This document shows, piece by piece, positions 37,515-47,270 of a DNA stretch of 64,000 bases; position 1 is the first letter of the stretch; the number at the start of each line of letters is the position of its first letter. Below the pieces are notes generated by a model, which was given only the letters and a program-made list of their open reading frames with translations, was not told where the DNA came from and did not search any database. The stretch comes from an uncultured virus (IMG/VR IMGVR_UViG_3300014205_009245) (Duplodnaviria > Heunggongvirae > Uroviricota > Caudoviricetes). The stretch lies in IMG/VR virus record IMGVR_UViG_3300014205_009245; one strand, 5' to 3'. A program made the translations under genes and the position numbers.

Positions 37515-37857
37515 CTCCCAAAAGTTCTTTTAGTTTCCTCTTTTCGATTATAACCTCTTTTTTAATAAGCTCTTCAGCCTCAAGCATAATTCCCTGAAAT
37601 TTTGTTGGTGCATCAAGAACTAATTTTTGGTTATTCTCACCAATTAAGGCGCTCTTTAACTTTTGATGAACTTTTGGGCGTCCCAGGATGGTTCTGTCTT
37701 CTAAAAGACTATTTAGTGCTTGCCATCCACCGCTTTGGGACGCGACAGCGAAGAAGGCCAAGTCGTGGACCATAGATTGCAATGATATCAGGCGGGTTAT
37801 GTTATTTTCAATCCGCATACGATCAGACATTGCTAATCTACTAAACCAATTTAACAT
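37483..37857 (-). CDS. Protein with MLNWFSRLA N-terminus
   Basis: In-operon ORF. Confidence 0.65.
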   Translation of the reverse strand: MLNWFSRLAMSDRMRIENNITRLISLQSMVHDLAFFAVASQSGGWQALNSLLEDRTILGRPKVHQKLKSALIGENNQKLVLDAPTKFQGIMLEAEELIKKEVIIEKRKLKELLGDEYEEQKIGT

Positions 37858-38414
37858 TTCGGAACATCCGGCAATGCTTTAACTCTGTTTACTGACATTA
37901 TCTCGATCCCCTTAGACTTGAGAAAATCAACAGCAGCAGACAAAGATAATCCAGAGAGCCATTTAACAATTTTCTTTTCAAGAGTAGACTTAAACGGAAC
38001 CCAATTTAAGACGTTTTTGAGCGGGTCTATAGTTAAATAAATAAAATAAATCAACTCTTGTCCAAATTTGATTTTCGCCATTTGTTTCTCTTCGGGAGTC
38101 ATTGTGTCAGTTACAATTGAGCTACCCATCTCCTCGACCATTTGGTACACTTCAACACCAATATTAATGATAACACGAAACTTCGAAAATGAGAATTCTA
38201 TATTCTTAAATGCCTCTGACGCTCGACTTACCAAATCAGCAATTTCTGGACCGTGCTGTTTAACAATTTCTTCAAAATTCAATGTTCCAGATGTTCCGGA
38301 TATCTGATTTTCAAGATTTTGTTCTACCTTTTCTAATTTCTCCAAATTGGCCTGTTGTGAATCAGGCATTGTATCAAGGATGTGGTTTTTCAAATATGCA
38401 TTTAAGAATCCCAT
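37851..38414 (-). CDS. Hypothetical helical protein
   Basis: SD AGGAG. Confidence 0.7.
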   Translation of the reverse strand: MGFLNAYLKNHILDTMPDSQQANLEKLEKVEQNLENQISGTSGTLNFEEIVKQHGPEIADLVSRASEAFKNIEFSFSKFRVIINIGVEVYQMVEEMGSSIVTDTMTPEEKQMAKIKFGQELIYFIYLTIDPLKNVLNWVPFKSTLEKKIVKWLSGLSLSAAVDFLKSKGIEIMSVNRVKALPDVPKC

Positions 38415-38590
38415 GACTTATCTCCTATTTATTCCGTATCCCTAGAGGTCACTCGTTTAATTTTATTATCAGGTGTTCCCGATTCAGTTGAAAGAGGAAC
38501 ATTCACACTTGCCGTAGCACCATCTCCACCAGCAGCACAATATAATCCAGGCCGACATATCACTTCATTCTCTTTTTTCTCGGGCTCGGG

Positions 38591-38875
38591 TTAACGTACA
38601 TACTTTCCGTCCTTTTTTCTAGAATATCCCGGCCTCATACTAATAACTTGAGTTTCCGGTGCAACATTTAAAGTAACTTCGTTTTCCTCATCTGATTGTA
38701 GCCCAACAATGGACTCAAGTACAGATGCGGACTTCTCATTAAATTGTTTGGTGAATTTTGGTCGAATTTCACTTTTATCCGGCTTGCGGCCTGATATATA
38801 AACAGACTTCTCCTCGGGAACAATACCGGCATATTCTTCTGACATTTTAATAATAGCCACTTGATCATCTGGCAT
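38591..38875 (-). CDS. Hypothetical protein
   Basis: Likely start MPDDQV, just after the 57-aa upstream ORF. Confidence 0.55.
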   Translation of the reverse strand: MPDDQVAIIKMSEEYAGIVPEEKSVYISGRKPDKSEIRPKFTKQFNEKSASVLESIVGLQSDEENEVTLNVAPETQVISMRPGYSRKKDGKYVR

Positions 38876-38882
38876 ATGGTTT

Positions 38883-39056
38883 TTACCCATCATGACATTC
38901 CAAAATGTTCCGTCCCACATAGATTTCTGAACTATTTGTGCATATTCCTTTTTGGCTAGGTTTAGACAGAGCACGTCGAATTACCTTTGCCTCTTTTTTG
39001 CTCAAAAACAAACAAGCAAACCATATTCTCACATTCAAAAACAATTCCTTAAACAT
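38883..39056 (-). CDS. 57-aa hypothetical protein (not in ORF track)
   Basis: SD AAGGAGG then MFKELFLNVRIWFACLFLSKKEAKVIRRAL... Confidence 0.6.
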   Translation of the reverse strand: MFKELFLNVRIWFACLFLSKKEAKVIRRALSKPSQKGICTNSSEIYVGRNILECHDG

Positions 39057-39067
39057 ATAATTCCTCC

Positions 39068-39409
39068 TTAGTATTCACGAGATTCATCCCACCTAGCCCT
39101 TACTAGTTGAGATAATAGCTCTTCATCAACAATAATAGTATCAACATAATTAGACATAACAGTACTCTGCATTTTGATCACAATGAGTCTATCAATTAGC
39201 TGCTGAGCACTCGTCTCGATCTCTGGGGTTAACTTTCCTGCCGATCTAATGTTTGCAACATCATCTTGTATAGATGCCACGACAGCATCTAGTGTTTCAT
39301 TTGTTAACACTTTATGGTCATGAACCACTTGAATATATTCCACCGAGCCATTCTTGGCACATCCTACAAAAAGCAACAGTGAAACCAATAAAACAAAAAT
39401 TATTCTCAT
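39068..39409 (-). CDS. Lipoprotein
   Basis: Signal peptide with lipobox LFVGC. Confidence 0.7.
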   Translation of the reverse strand: MRIIFVLLVSLLLFVGCAKNGSVEYIQVVHDHKVLTNETLDAVVASIQDDVANIRSAGKLTPEIETSAQQLIDRLIVIKMQSTVMSNYVDTIIVDEELLSQLVRARWDESREY

Positions 39410-39412
39410 CGT

Positions 39413-40231
39413 TTACTCCACAATATCTGGGATGTTCTCTGGTGAATCTTTAACTTTTTCGGTGCTAGCAAAATCGTGCACCACATTGAATTCATCAGTG
39501 ACATCTACCCATGCATTATCGGACAATCTGAGGATATACGCATCCTCTTTTTCTGGATCGTAATATATTGCTTCATTCCCACGAAATGGCCCATTAGCAG
39601 TGACTTGACAGGCCCACTCATTATTTTCGCCGACGAAATATTGTTTAATATTCTTCCTGTCTACAATACACTTATCGGCATACTTACTAACAGACTTGGC
39701 ATTTTCTGCTAGTTTTTCTATCATCATAACATTCACTTTGGCGGCAATTTCTTTTACAATAGAATCGCCCTTGGAGGTGCCAAGTAGCTCAATAAGAGCA
39801 GGATATTTTTGTATAGCATTCCACTGGGCTTTAGATATTTTCGGCCCATCATATTCTACATCTGGTGCTTCAGTTGCAGCTGTTTTAGTTTTTGTTTTAT
39901 ATGAATCGGCAGATGCCATTGGATCATTGTTTATGGCCCACGCCATTTGCTCAGTATTAAGTGCTGTAGTAGCAGCATTAAAAAGCATATCGGTAGTGAT
40001 CGGTATTAATGAACTGCTCTCATTGGCAGTACTGTGCCCAACAGTCATACCACCTTTGCTTTTAGTTAAACCACCAGAATTTCCGGAGTAGTCAGGAACT
40101 ATGCCTTCACCAATTGATCCTCCCTTTTCTAGCACTTCGGCAACTTTGTCTAGATAATTAGAGGTTTTGAGGCTTTCTTCTATTTCGTGCTTAATCGCGT
40201 AATCTTCGCTAAGTTTTTTTGACTTTGCCAT
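39413..40231 (-). CDS. Hypothetical protein
   Basis: 272-aa ORF; SD GAGG. Confidence 0.7.
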   Translation of the reverse strand: MAKSKKLSEDYAIKHEIEESLKTSNYLDKVAEVLEKGGSIGEGIVPDYSGNSGGLTKSKGGMTVGHSTANESSSLIPITTDMLFNAATTALNTEQMAWAINNDPMASADSYKTKTKTAATEAPDVEYDGPKISKAQWNAIQKYPALIELLGTSKGDSIVKEIAAKVNVMMIEKLAENAKSVSKYADKCIVDRKNIKQYFVGENNEWACQVTANGPFRGNEAIYYDPEKEDAYILRLSDNAWVDVTDEFNVVHDFASTEKVKDSPENIPDIVE

Positions 40232-40808
40232 TATTTTTCCTCGTTTTCAGTTGTTTTGCGGTTAACCACGGAAATGACGTTAAAGGATCAATATATTTTT
40301 CTTCTATTAGGTAGAATAATATATTCGCAACAGCGTCATAGGCGTGATCAGACGACAGCTTCGACTGCCCACATTCAAAGCTCTTAGTCAAATAGTTAAC
40401 AGCTCGTTTAATTTGCGATTTGGTAGACTTGCCATGCCCTGCTACTGTTTTCTTAACTGACGTAGGATATACGAAAACAATATCCTTTATTCCGTATTTA
40501 CCTGCGGCAACAAAAATAGCACCCATGCATTGGGCCACCTGACCCGTCACGAATCCACCAGCAAAAACACTGGTCTTCTCCATGATTAAAATATCTGGTT
40601 TATTTTCGCTCAGGAATTGTTCTATTTTCTGAAACATGGGCCAATAACATGCCCATCTGTTATCATATTCATCCATCACGAAAGTATCTGCAACACATCG
40701 GGTTATGTCAAATTTACCGTCTTTACACAGAACTTCGCAGAGACTCCAACCGATGTTTTTCTGTGATGCTGGATCAAATGACGCAATTTTCTTAAGATTA
40801 AAGTCCAT
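40209..40808 (-). CDS. ruvC: RuvC-like Holliday junction resolvase
   Basis: ASFDPA...GW, ILIMEK, YPTSVKKTVAGHGKSTK, DHAYDAVA. Confidence 0.8.
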   Translation of the reverse strand: MDFNLKKIASFDPASQKNIGWSLCEVLCKDGKFDITRCVADTFVMDEYDNRWACYWPMFQKIEQFLSENKPDILIMEKTSVFAGGFVTGQVAQCMGAIFVAAGKYGIKDIVFVYPTSVKKTVAGHGKSTKSQIKRAVNYLTKSFECGQSKLSSDHAYDAVANILFYLIEEKYIDPLTSFPWLTAKQLKTRKNNGKVKKT

Positions 40809-40819
40809 AACGATATTAC

Positions 40820-40847
40820 ATTATACCGTTTGTGGACTATAATCCTT
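40820..40847 (-). promoter_or_regulatory. AAGGA-class promoter candidate
   Basis: AAGGA-N16-GTATAAT. Confidence 0.5.
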
Positions 40848-40852
40848 GAAAT

Positions 40853-41038
40853 TTATCCGCACATTGTGTGTGGGCCAAAAACTATTTCAACATTTTCCGT
40901 TGCGGAAAGAAATGAATTTAGTGCTTCCTCATCTTCAATTATACCACTAAAAAACTTCCGGACCATATCATTATAATCCTGATTCTGCCTATTAATCAGA
41001 ACGCTTCCATCTTCTAATATTTCAAATTCAATATCCAT
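40853..41038 (-). CDS. Hypothetical protein
   Basis: 61-aa in-operon ORF. Confidence 0.55.
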   Translation of the reverse strand: MDIEFEILEDGSVLINRQNQDYNDMVRKFFSGIIEDEEALNSFLSATENVEIVFGPHTMCG

Positions 41039-41226
41039 TAGTAAACGACCCTTTCTGTTTCTGCTCTTCGCAGAGAATCCCTAATACTCACCAAGTTGGC
41101 AGCATTCGCCTTATTCGCCTTCGAGAATTCCTCGGTTACCTTATAAAGATTATTAATAGCTTCCGTTAGTTGCTTAATCGCGTTCAACAAATCCTGTTCA
41201 ATCATGACTATCCTCCAAAACGTCAA
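41038..41226 (-). CDS. Hypothetical coiled-coil protein
   Basis: Likely start MIEQDL after GGAGG. Confidence 0.55.
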   Translation of the reverse strand: MTFWRIVMIEQDLLNAIKQLTEAINNLYKVTEEFSKANKANAANLVSIRDSLRRAETERVVY

Positions 41227-41238
41227 ATTCGATGTTTA

Positions 41239-41772
41239 TCACCAAATATCCCCCAAACCTTTGCACACTGGACAAATAACGCTATCGTCATCGAGCTTTA
41301 ACAAATATCCACTACAATTTTTGCAAGTATCATACCACCTATGACCTTTAACCAATTTACCGAACAATCCTAAATGCAAAAAATAAACCCTATTGTCTTG
41401 CAATCTATGACCGTCTTTCTCGGTATATCCTGGAATATTAAAATCCCATATATGCTCTGCTCGAACTCCTTCAAATATCCAATCGTGATTATTGCAAGTA
41501 TCAACCAAATATCCATCCGGAGTTTGAATAATCCAAGTATTATAATTTGTCGTAGGAAACGAAACTGAAGTATTGGGATCCATCCCGCTCTGTTCTAGGT
41601 CGTCAATAACTTCAAACAATTCTGGTCCAGTTTCAAAACCATCTTCATTCCAATCTTTATTTCGTAATGCAATCATTTTACGTGCTAGGTCAAACACATT
41701 TTTGAATTTATCTAGTGGAACCAAAAATGATGAGGACGAGCTGTTTGATACAAAACCGCTACGAATTTTCAT
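41239..41772 (-). CDS. MKIRxxFVSNSSSxSF-motif protein with C-terminal Zn ribbon
   Basis: MKIRSGFVSNSSSSSF; CKNC...CPVC. Confidence 0.75.
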   Translation of the reverse strand: MKIRSGFVSNSSSSSFLVPLDKFKNVFDLARKMIALRNKDWNEDGFETGPELFEVIDDLEQSGMDPNTSVSFPTTNYNTWIIQTPDGYLVDTCNNHDWIFEGVRAEHIWDFNIPGYTEKDGHRLQDNRVYFLHLGLFGKLVKGHRWYDTCKNCSGYLLKLDDDSVICPVCKGLGDIW

Positions 41773-41794
41773 TAGCAATTCTCCGATATTTTAA

Positions 41795-42610
41795 TCAATG
41801 TTCCCAGTCTCTGTGCTTTCTGACGACAAGATTTTGTTGCCAGCAAGCTTTTAGTAATTTAGGATCAAATCCCTTCTGTTCCATCTGACAAATTAATGAG
41901 TTAAGGTCCTTTGGAAAACAGCTCCCACCGAACCCACAATCGCCATCAATCCCCGGAACTTGAGCATGACTATACCCTATTCGACCATCCGACATGACTT
42001 GCCCAAGAACTCTGCTGTAATCCAATCCATATTTATCGCATAGTCCTAATTTAATTTCATTAAAGAATATCACGACTGTAGCCAGAAAACAATTAACAGT
42101 GTATTTCACAGCTTCGGCTTCCTCGGCTGTCATACGTATAATTGGACGATTAGGAAATCGGTGCTGAAAAAGCGCAGATACCTTTTCAACCCATTCAGGA
42201 TTACCGCCCAAAATGTTTCTATTCGCCATCAAAAAATCAATATCTGCGTGCCGAGCGGTGAGAAATTCTGGACTAAAAATAAGTTTAAGCCCATACTTTT
42301 TACCTAGCATTGTTGTGGTGCCAACCGGGACTGTAGATTTGTGTATAAATACAGTTTTTTCCATAACGCCAGCTTTGCAGATATCTTGGCAGACTGATTC
42401 TAAAATCGATATATCGCATGAACCATCTACACTCATAGGCGTCGGCACACAAATGAATACAAAATCAGAACTACAAACTTCTTTCAAAGAGTGTGAACAG
42501 AATTCCGGTCTTTTATCATAAACCTTAATATTAGTATACGGACTAAAAGCTCTCGAAACTGCTCCACCTACAAATCCGCAACCAATGACTCCAACATCTG
42601 GATTTTGCAT
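41795..42610 (-). CDS. ugd: UDP-glucose/GDP-mannose dehydrogenase family (short form)
   Basis: Start MQNPDV (SD AGGAG); GCGFVG, CVPTP, KSTVPVGTT, SPEFL, GFGGSCFPKD. Confidence 0.85.
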   Translation of the reverse strand: MQNPDVGVIGCGFVGGAVSRAFSPYTNIKVYDKRPEFCSHSLKEVCSSDFVFICVPTPMSVDGSCDISILESVCQDICKAGVMEKTVFIHKSTVPVGTTTMLGKKYGLKLIFSPEFLTARHADIDFLMANRNILGGNPEWVEKVSALFQHRFPNRPIIRMTAEEAEAVKYTVNCFLATVVIFFNEIKLGLCDKYGLDYSRVLGQVMSDGRIGYSHAQVPGIDGDCGFGGSCFPKDLNSLICQMEQKGFDPKLLKACWQQNLVVRKHRDWEH

Positions 42611-42790
42611 AATAATTCTCCTATATTCAATCCGTGTCTCTTTCCCATCTAATACAAATAGGCAGGCAGGGTAATAGACAAATGTATACGAATACCTCCT
42701 CCATGTGATCGGGCAATGGGATTGTATCCCAAAATACTCCAATCCAAATATCTTTTGGCTCAAAGTGAATACTGATGTTCATGTTTTTAG

Positions 42791-44164
42791 TCATTCTTGA
42801 GTGCCAACGTAGTCCTGGTTGACGTAGTTTTCATGGATATTTTCGTAATATCTGCTTTGCGGTGTAAAACTATACCCTTCCTTTATGGGAGTAACCGTTA
42901 TTGTCCAACCACATTCTATAATAGAAGTAATACCACCATAATAGTATCCATCCATATCTGTAGGATGCCCCAGCCCATCCATCCAAACTTCACCTATCCC
43001 ATTATTAGATTCATCTGTTACTCTCCCGGTTATTTCGAATAGATACTTAAGTCTACAAAAATTAAGGCTATCGACCAGATCTACAGTTAGGTTTTCAATT
43101 GGACCCGCAGATGTTGGCACAAAATAATCACACGTATCAGAAGTGGTCGGAAAAATGCCAGGACTACTCCAACCGTATTCAACTGTGACCAAAACTCTAC
43201 CGTTTTCATCAGTTTGTGGATCACCCGGCAAACCGTGAATTGTGACCCCTTGCATGGGCTCCAGGGTAAGACAGTCATAAGCCGAAGCGTCCACCATCAA
43301 TCGTCGCATTAAATTAAAAACTTCGGTCCCCGAAATGTTGTCACCACAAGATGTTTCCAGTACATTGTAAATACCAAACATGAAAATACTAGAATCTAGA
43401 ATTTCAGAGTAATCCGGATAAGATGGCGACTGTATAGAATACATCATTGAATCGTCTTCACATGACAACCATGCAAATCCTCGCTCAAAAAACAATCTAT
43501 CCGTTTCACTGTCTACATAGAAATATTCCATGCTATTTTCACCAGATGGATCATTTGCTTCCTGCCCAATGGCATTATTTTGAAATCCATCGCCATTCGT
43601 GTCAGTTCCACCATGAGTTGTCCGACACCGTGCCTCATATCTGCCGTAAGGAATAATAACATCTGAGGGAATGATATAAATTAATCCGGTATCTGGCGTT
43701 CTTGGTGTGCCAAAACCATCTGGTATCTCATCTAATACGGCAGAATATGAATATCTAATTTCATATGGCAATTTTAACTTAAATCCAACAAACAAATTAT
43801 TTAAAACAGCAACTCGACGAGTCTGGTGCTGGCTGTTGCTTCCGTTAATACTAATTGGACTACTTAAATTATATTCCCATCGACAATAATCCCAATCGTA
43901 TTCGAACGAAGAATATGGAATCGAAACATATCCCTCATATCCATTATTAACCACATAAATAGTAATCGCATAATAGCTATTCACATAGGCGTCATCATAA
44001 TAATACCCAGCACATGGACCGTAGGTTGGATCGTCATTAGTGATATCTCCCGACACATATTCCAGTGGCTCATTATCTAGTATCGATAGTGACGAAACAA
44101 CCGCCTGCGCAAAAGCAGTACTAGCAAAAACCAATCCCAACAAAATGCTCAACACTCTTTTCAC
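42791..44164 (-). CDS. Secreted acidic protein with C-terminal beta-sandwich (carboxypeptidase-regulatory-like) repeats
   Basis: Sec signal ending AFA/Q; repeats TDENG...YGWS and TDMDGYY...GWTITVTP.KEGYSFTP. Confidence 0.65.
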   Translation of the reverse strand: MKRVLSILLGLVFASTAFAQAVVSSLSILDNEPLEYVSGDITNDDPTYGPCAGYYYDDAYVNSYYAITIYVVNNGYEGYVSIPYSSFEYDWDYCRWEYNLSSPISINGSNSQHQTRRVAVLNNLFVGFKLKLPYEIRYSYSAVLDEIPDGFGTPRTPDTGLIYIIPSDVIIPYGRYEARCRTTHGGTDTNGDGFQNNAIGQEANDPSGENSMEYFYVDSETDRLFFERGFAWLSCEDDSMMYSIQSPSYPDYSEILDSSIFMFGIYNVLETSCGDNISGTEVFNLMRRLMVDASAYDCLTLEPMQGVTIHGLPGDPQTDENGRVLVTVEYGWSSPGIFPTTSDTCDYFVPTSAGPIENLTVDLVDSLNFCRLKYLFEITGRVTDESNNGIGEVWMDGLGHPTDMDGYYYGGITSIIECGWTITVTPIKEGYSFTPQSRYYENIHENYVNQDYVGTQE

Positions 44165-44178
44165 GACATTTCTCCTAA

Positions 44179-44382
44179 TTACATGCCTCTTACAATTTTA
44201 ACCTTTTCCTTTTGAACTGGCTTATAGAAATCTGGCTTTTTGCTAATCTTTATGGACTTACCGAGGGCAGCTGATATCTTTTGTAGAATATCATGGCATC
44301 CTTTGCCGTGATACCCAAACATCTCAACTTCTATGTTGCCCTCTTGATCTATTGTAACTTCTATTTCTTTTGCTTCTGACAT
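44179..44382 (-). CDS. DUF2997-like protein
   Basis: IEVTIDQEGNIEVE..GY.GKGC...ALG...KPDFY. Confidence 0.7.
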   Translation of the reverse strand: MSEAKEIEVTIDQEGNIEVEMFGYHGKGCHDILQKISAALGKSIKISKKPDFYKPVQKEKVKIVRGM

Positions 44383-45552
44383 TCATGCCTCCAAGTCTAC
44401 TTTATATTTACGCACTTGCTTTGACACCGATGGAGTAATTGTTCCGCAAAGAACCATGATTAGTGAATCTAGTGCTTCTTTGATTTGCGTATTGCTTCTA
44501 GCTTCGATTCTTACATATTTCTGAACTTCCAGTATTTCAGAGTATTTACTATAAATCTGGTCGCGGGACAGTCGGAGCATGCGATTAAACCCACTGTCCT
44601 GTAAGCTCATTCCTATGAATCTATCGTCATACATTTCTTTATATTCGGTGCTTTGATCTTCGTCTTCTCCATCTGAGTTCTTCTTATCAATTCTTTTATA
44701 GCCAAACAGTGCCGCCTTTACATTGTCAAACGTTGGGTCTTTATCATTGATACTGTCTTTGATTAAAACTAATGGCCGGAATTTATACATCAGTGCTCCA
44801 AGCATTTCATACGTCATAGACGGAAATTCAGATGGAACTTCTGAAAGCTGATAAAATCGCTGCATATGCAATAACGCATTATTGTAGTCTTGTGCAAAAA
44901 TACTTTCAATTAAATCCCAAACCGTTCTCAAAAAAGTAGAGACACAGGCAGTCTCAACGTCAGACTTTTTGATATTCTTGCCAATCTGATAATCCCTCAG
45001 AAGGACTACCGCCGCATATAATGCATCTAGATTTCTGCCCTTCATTTCGACAACTAGTTGAGCAGCATCATCATCTATTTTTTTTTCAAAATTTAGTGCT
45101 ATATCTTTTACCCATTTTACGGCGCTATCGTGTCTGGTGGCCTCAAGAGGAAACTCAAGTATTTTACCCTCAGCTTTAACGGTTTTGTAAAAATTACTTG
45201 TTTTGGCGCTATTAAACCGCTTGGATTTATAGTGCCCAAAGGAAGCATCTATCACTAAAACACATTTCTTATTAACCAGATGAAGATAGTCCGTAATGAT
45301 TGTATAATCACTGGGCAATCCTTTTAATTTGATTATGCGAGGTCTCTTATCAAAGATATCTTTATTTTTTAATGCTTTAATAACTCCCCCCGCCATTACA
45401 ACCCTATTATCTTCTGTGGAGTTATCTGGATTATGTCCACAATCTAATATTTCAATTCTGGCATCCTTAGTTTTCGAACATATATCTCCCCACGCCTTGT
45501 GAGACTGATAGTAATTGCCGTAAATCCAAAAAAGATATTTATCTTTGTCCAC
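44383..45552 (-). CDS. holA: DNA polymerase III delta-subunit-like clamp loader
   Basis: YLFWIYG, KWV...KKIDDDAAQLVVEMKGRNL...L..Y...I...DV, VWDLIESI. Confidence 0.65.
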   Translation of the reverse strand: MDKDKYLFWIYGNYYQSHKAWGDICSKTKDARIEILDCGHNPDNSTEDNRVVMAGGVIKALKNKDIFDKRPRIIKLKGLPSDYTIITDYLHLVNKKCVLVIDASFGHYKSKRFNSAKTSNFYKTVKAEGKILEFPLEATRHDSAVKWVKDIALNFEKKIDDDAAQLVVEMKGRNLDALYAAVVLLRDYQIGKNIKKSDVETACVSTFLRTVWDLIESIFAQDYNNALLHMQRFYQLSEVPSEFPSMTYEMLGALMYKFRPLVLIKDSINDKDPTFDNVKAALFGYKRIDKKNSDGEDEDQSTEYKEMYDDRFIGMSLQDSGFNRMLRLSRDQIYSKYSEILEVQKYVRIEARSNTQIKEALDSLIMVLCGTITPSVSKQVRKYKVDLEA

Positions 45553-45564
45553 GTCGGTTACGTT

Positions 45565-45972
45565 TCATTCATGCACTGATGAAAAATCATGTTTGCAACT
45601 ATGCGATTTACAATAACAATTATCTTCGCATTCACAGACAGATGGCACCTCATTTGCGTGCCCACACGTTAAAGCACTGGAAGCATAATCATTAGTTATG
45701 ATCAGACCAGTCGTTTCATATATACGAGGCAAACCAAAAGGGTACCCTCTTGCTATATCCCATAATCTATCTGTGATATATCTTTGAAGAACTCGTTTTT
45801 CTTCTGGATCTTTCTCTTCTGCCCATTCTAATGCGGTCTTAGTTAAATCATCAAAAAACTCTAGCTTCTGCTCTGTGCTATACTCTGCAACGTAAGGTCC
45901 ATCAGGATCAATGGACCCATCAGAAGGGAGAACATACACTCCATCTCCGCGCATAACTGCACCTATCATCAC
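45565..45972 (-). CDS. Hypothetical protein, Cys-rich C-terminus
   Basis: CGHANEVP..C.C...CYC...C. Confidence 0.6.
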   Translation of the reverse strand: MMIGAVMRGDGVYVLPSDGSIDPDGPYVAEYSTEQKLEFFDDLTKTALEWAEEKDPEEKRVLQRYITDRLWDIARGYPFGLPRIYETTGLIITNDYASSALTCGHANEVPSVCECEDNCYCKSHSCKHDFSSVHE

Positions 45973-47228
45973 TCTTCCTCATCTTCTGTTGCGGCAGCAA
46001 AAAAGAATATCAATAGTGGTTCACCAGTTGGAGCATTAGCATTTTGGGATATACCAGCACGCACTCCATCTCCTTTACTATCCGCATCTTTAACAAAAGG
46101 CTCTGCCAGCATGATGCCGCCCTCTTCTATACAATAGAATCGCAAAGCTTCACAAGTGATGGCGTGAGTAACTTCGTTCAAAAACGCATAGGAATATATC
46201 GATTTGAACTTATCTACCTTAATCTTGGTAAACGATATATCAGCATCAAAATCTGCCTGATATCGACCTTCGTTTACGGCGAAATTAATAGTATTTGGTG
46301 CTGCATCAAAAGTGCAACTATGGAAATCGCCCTCATTTTCCATTTCTTTATCTCGAACAACCCGAACAGTTTCCATACCAGCGGACATATCATCATAATT
46401 AATGTCCACTAGGGCAACAGCATCCTCGAACCTATACGCATGAACGTCATAACTGATATATTCAATTTCTGGAATTCCCTTCAAAAGCATGTCTAATTTA
46501 CCGCATTGAATATAACATGTCTTGGCATCTGAATATGTCAGAGAAACTTCTTCGTCTATTATTGCTGCAATTATCATTGCCTGATCCGAAGGCAACAGCC
46601 ACTTACCGCCATCCCCGGTAATGCCGTTTTTCTCGTGATTCCGGGCATACACAGCGAACCGCATACCATCGCCACAAACGAATCGGACCTTATCCTCTAG
46701 AAAGTGCATACATATCTGTAGATATTCTGTTTTATATTTGAGCGGAGCCTTATACCGAGCCACTGTTGAGATGCCATCGGATAACATAGATTGGGGGAAT
46801 GTATATTTTAGGCCATTCTTGGGGGTTTTAGCCGGAATAACAATTTTAATAGGGTCGGGAGCATCATCCCCTACATGATTTTTGGGCAGAGTAGAGATTT
46901 TAAACTTCTTGCGGCCAGCTTTTAGGTGCAGAACATCTTTATCCACACTCATCAATATATCTTTACCTTCCTGACTCGCCACTCGTATTACGTCGCGACC
47001 AATAACGGCATCAACCGTAATAATGCCCGGTTCACAATCACTTACATCAGAGATGGTATATCTGGCATCTAGGTGCCCATTGGTTGACCAAAGTACGAGC
47101 TTATCGCTTAATACTTCGATGGTAATGCGGCCCGCTAGCTGAAAATCAGACTTCACCCCCTTGGTGGCCACTTCGCACAATTTGTCAAAACCACGAACCA
47201 ATTCCTTATTGGATACAGTCGCTTTCAT
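45969..47228 (-). CDS. dnaN: Divergent sliding clamp (DnaN-like)
   Basis: LVLWSTN...EPG.ITVDA; RFVCGDGMRFA corresponds to the VATDGHRLA motif; three-domain length. Confidence 0.7.
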   Translation of the reverse strand: MKATVSNKELVRGFDKLCEVATKGVKSDFQLAGRITIEVLSDKLVLWSTNGHLDARYTISDVSDCEPGIITVDAVIGRDVIRVASQEGKDILMSVDKDVLHLKAGRKKFKISTLPKNHVGDDAPDPIKIVIPAKTPKNGLKYTFPQSMLSDGISTVARYKAPLKYKTEYLQICMHFLEDKVRFVCGDGMRFAVYARNHEKNGITGDGGKWLLPSDQAMIIAAIIDEEVSLTYSDAKTCYIQCGKLDMLLKGIPEIEYISYDVHAYRFEDAVALVDINYDDMSAGMETVRVVRDKEMENEGDFHSCTFDAAPNTINFAVNEGRYQADFDADISFTKIKVDKFKSIYSYAFLNEVTHAITCEALRFYCIEEGGIMLAEPFVKDADSKGDGVRAGISQNANAPTGEPLLIFFFAAATEDEEE

Positions 47229-47270
47229 TCAAATCTCCTTTTTCAATTATACATCTGTTGCAGAACAATT

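Noticed and set aside
38876..38974. N-terminal extension MLCLNLAKKEYAQ as another KxAQ-type motif
   Set aside because: It overlaps a better-supported 57-aa ORF with a strong SD; the real start is probably at 38875
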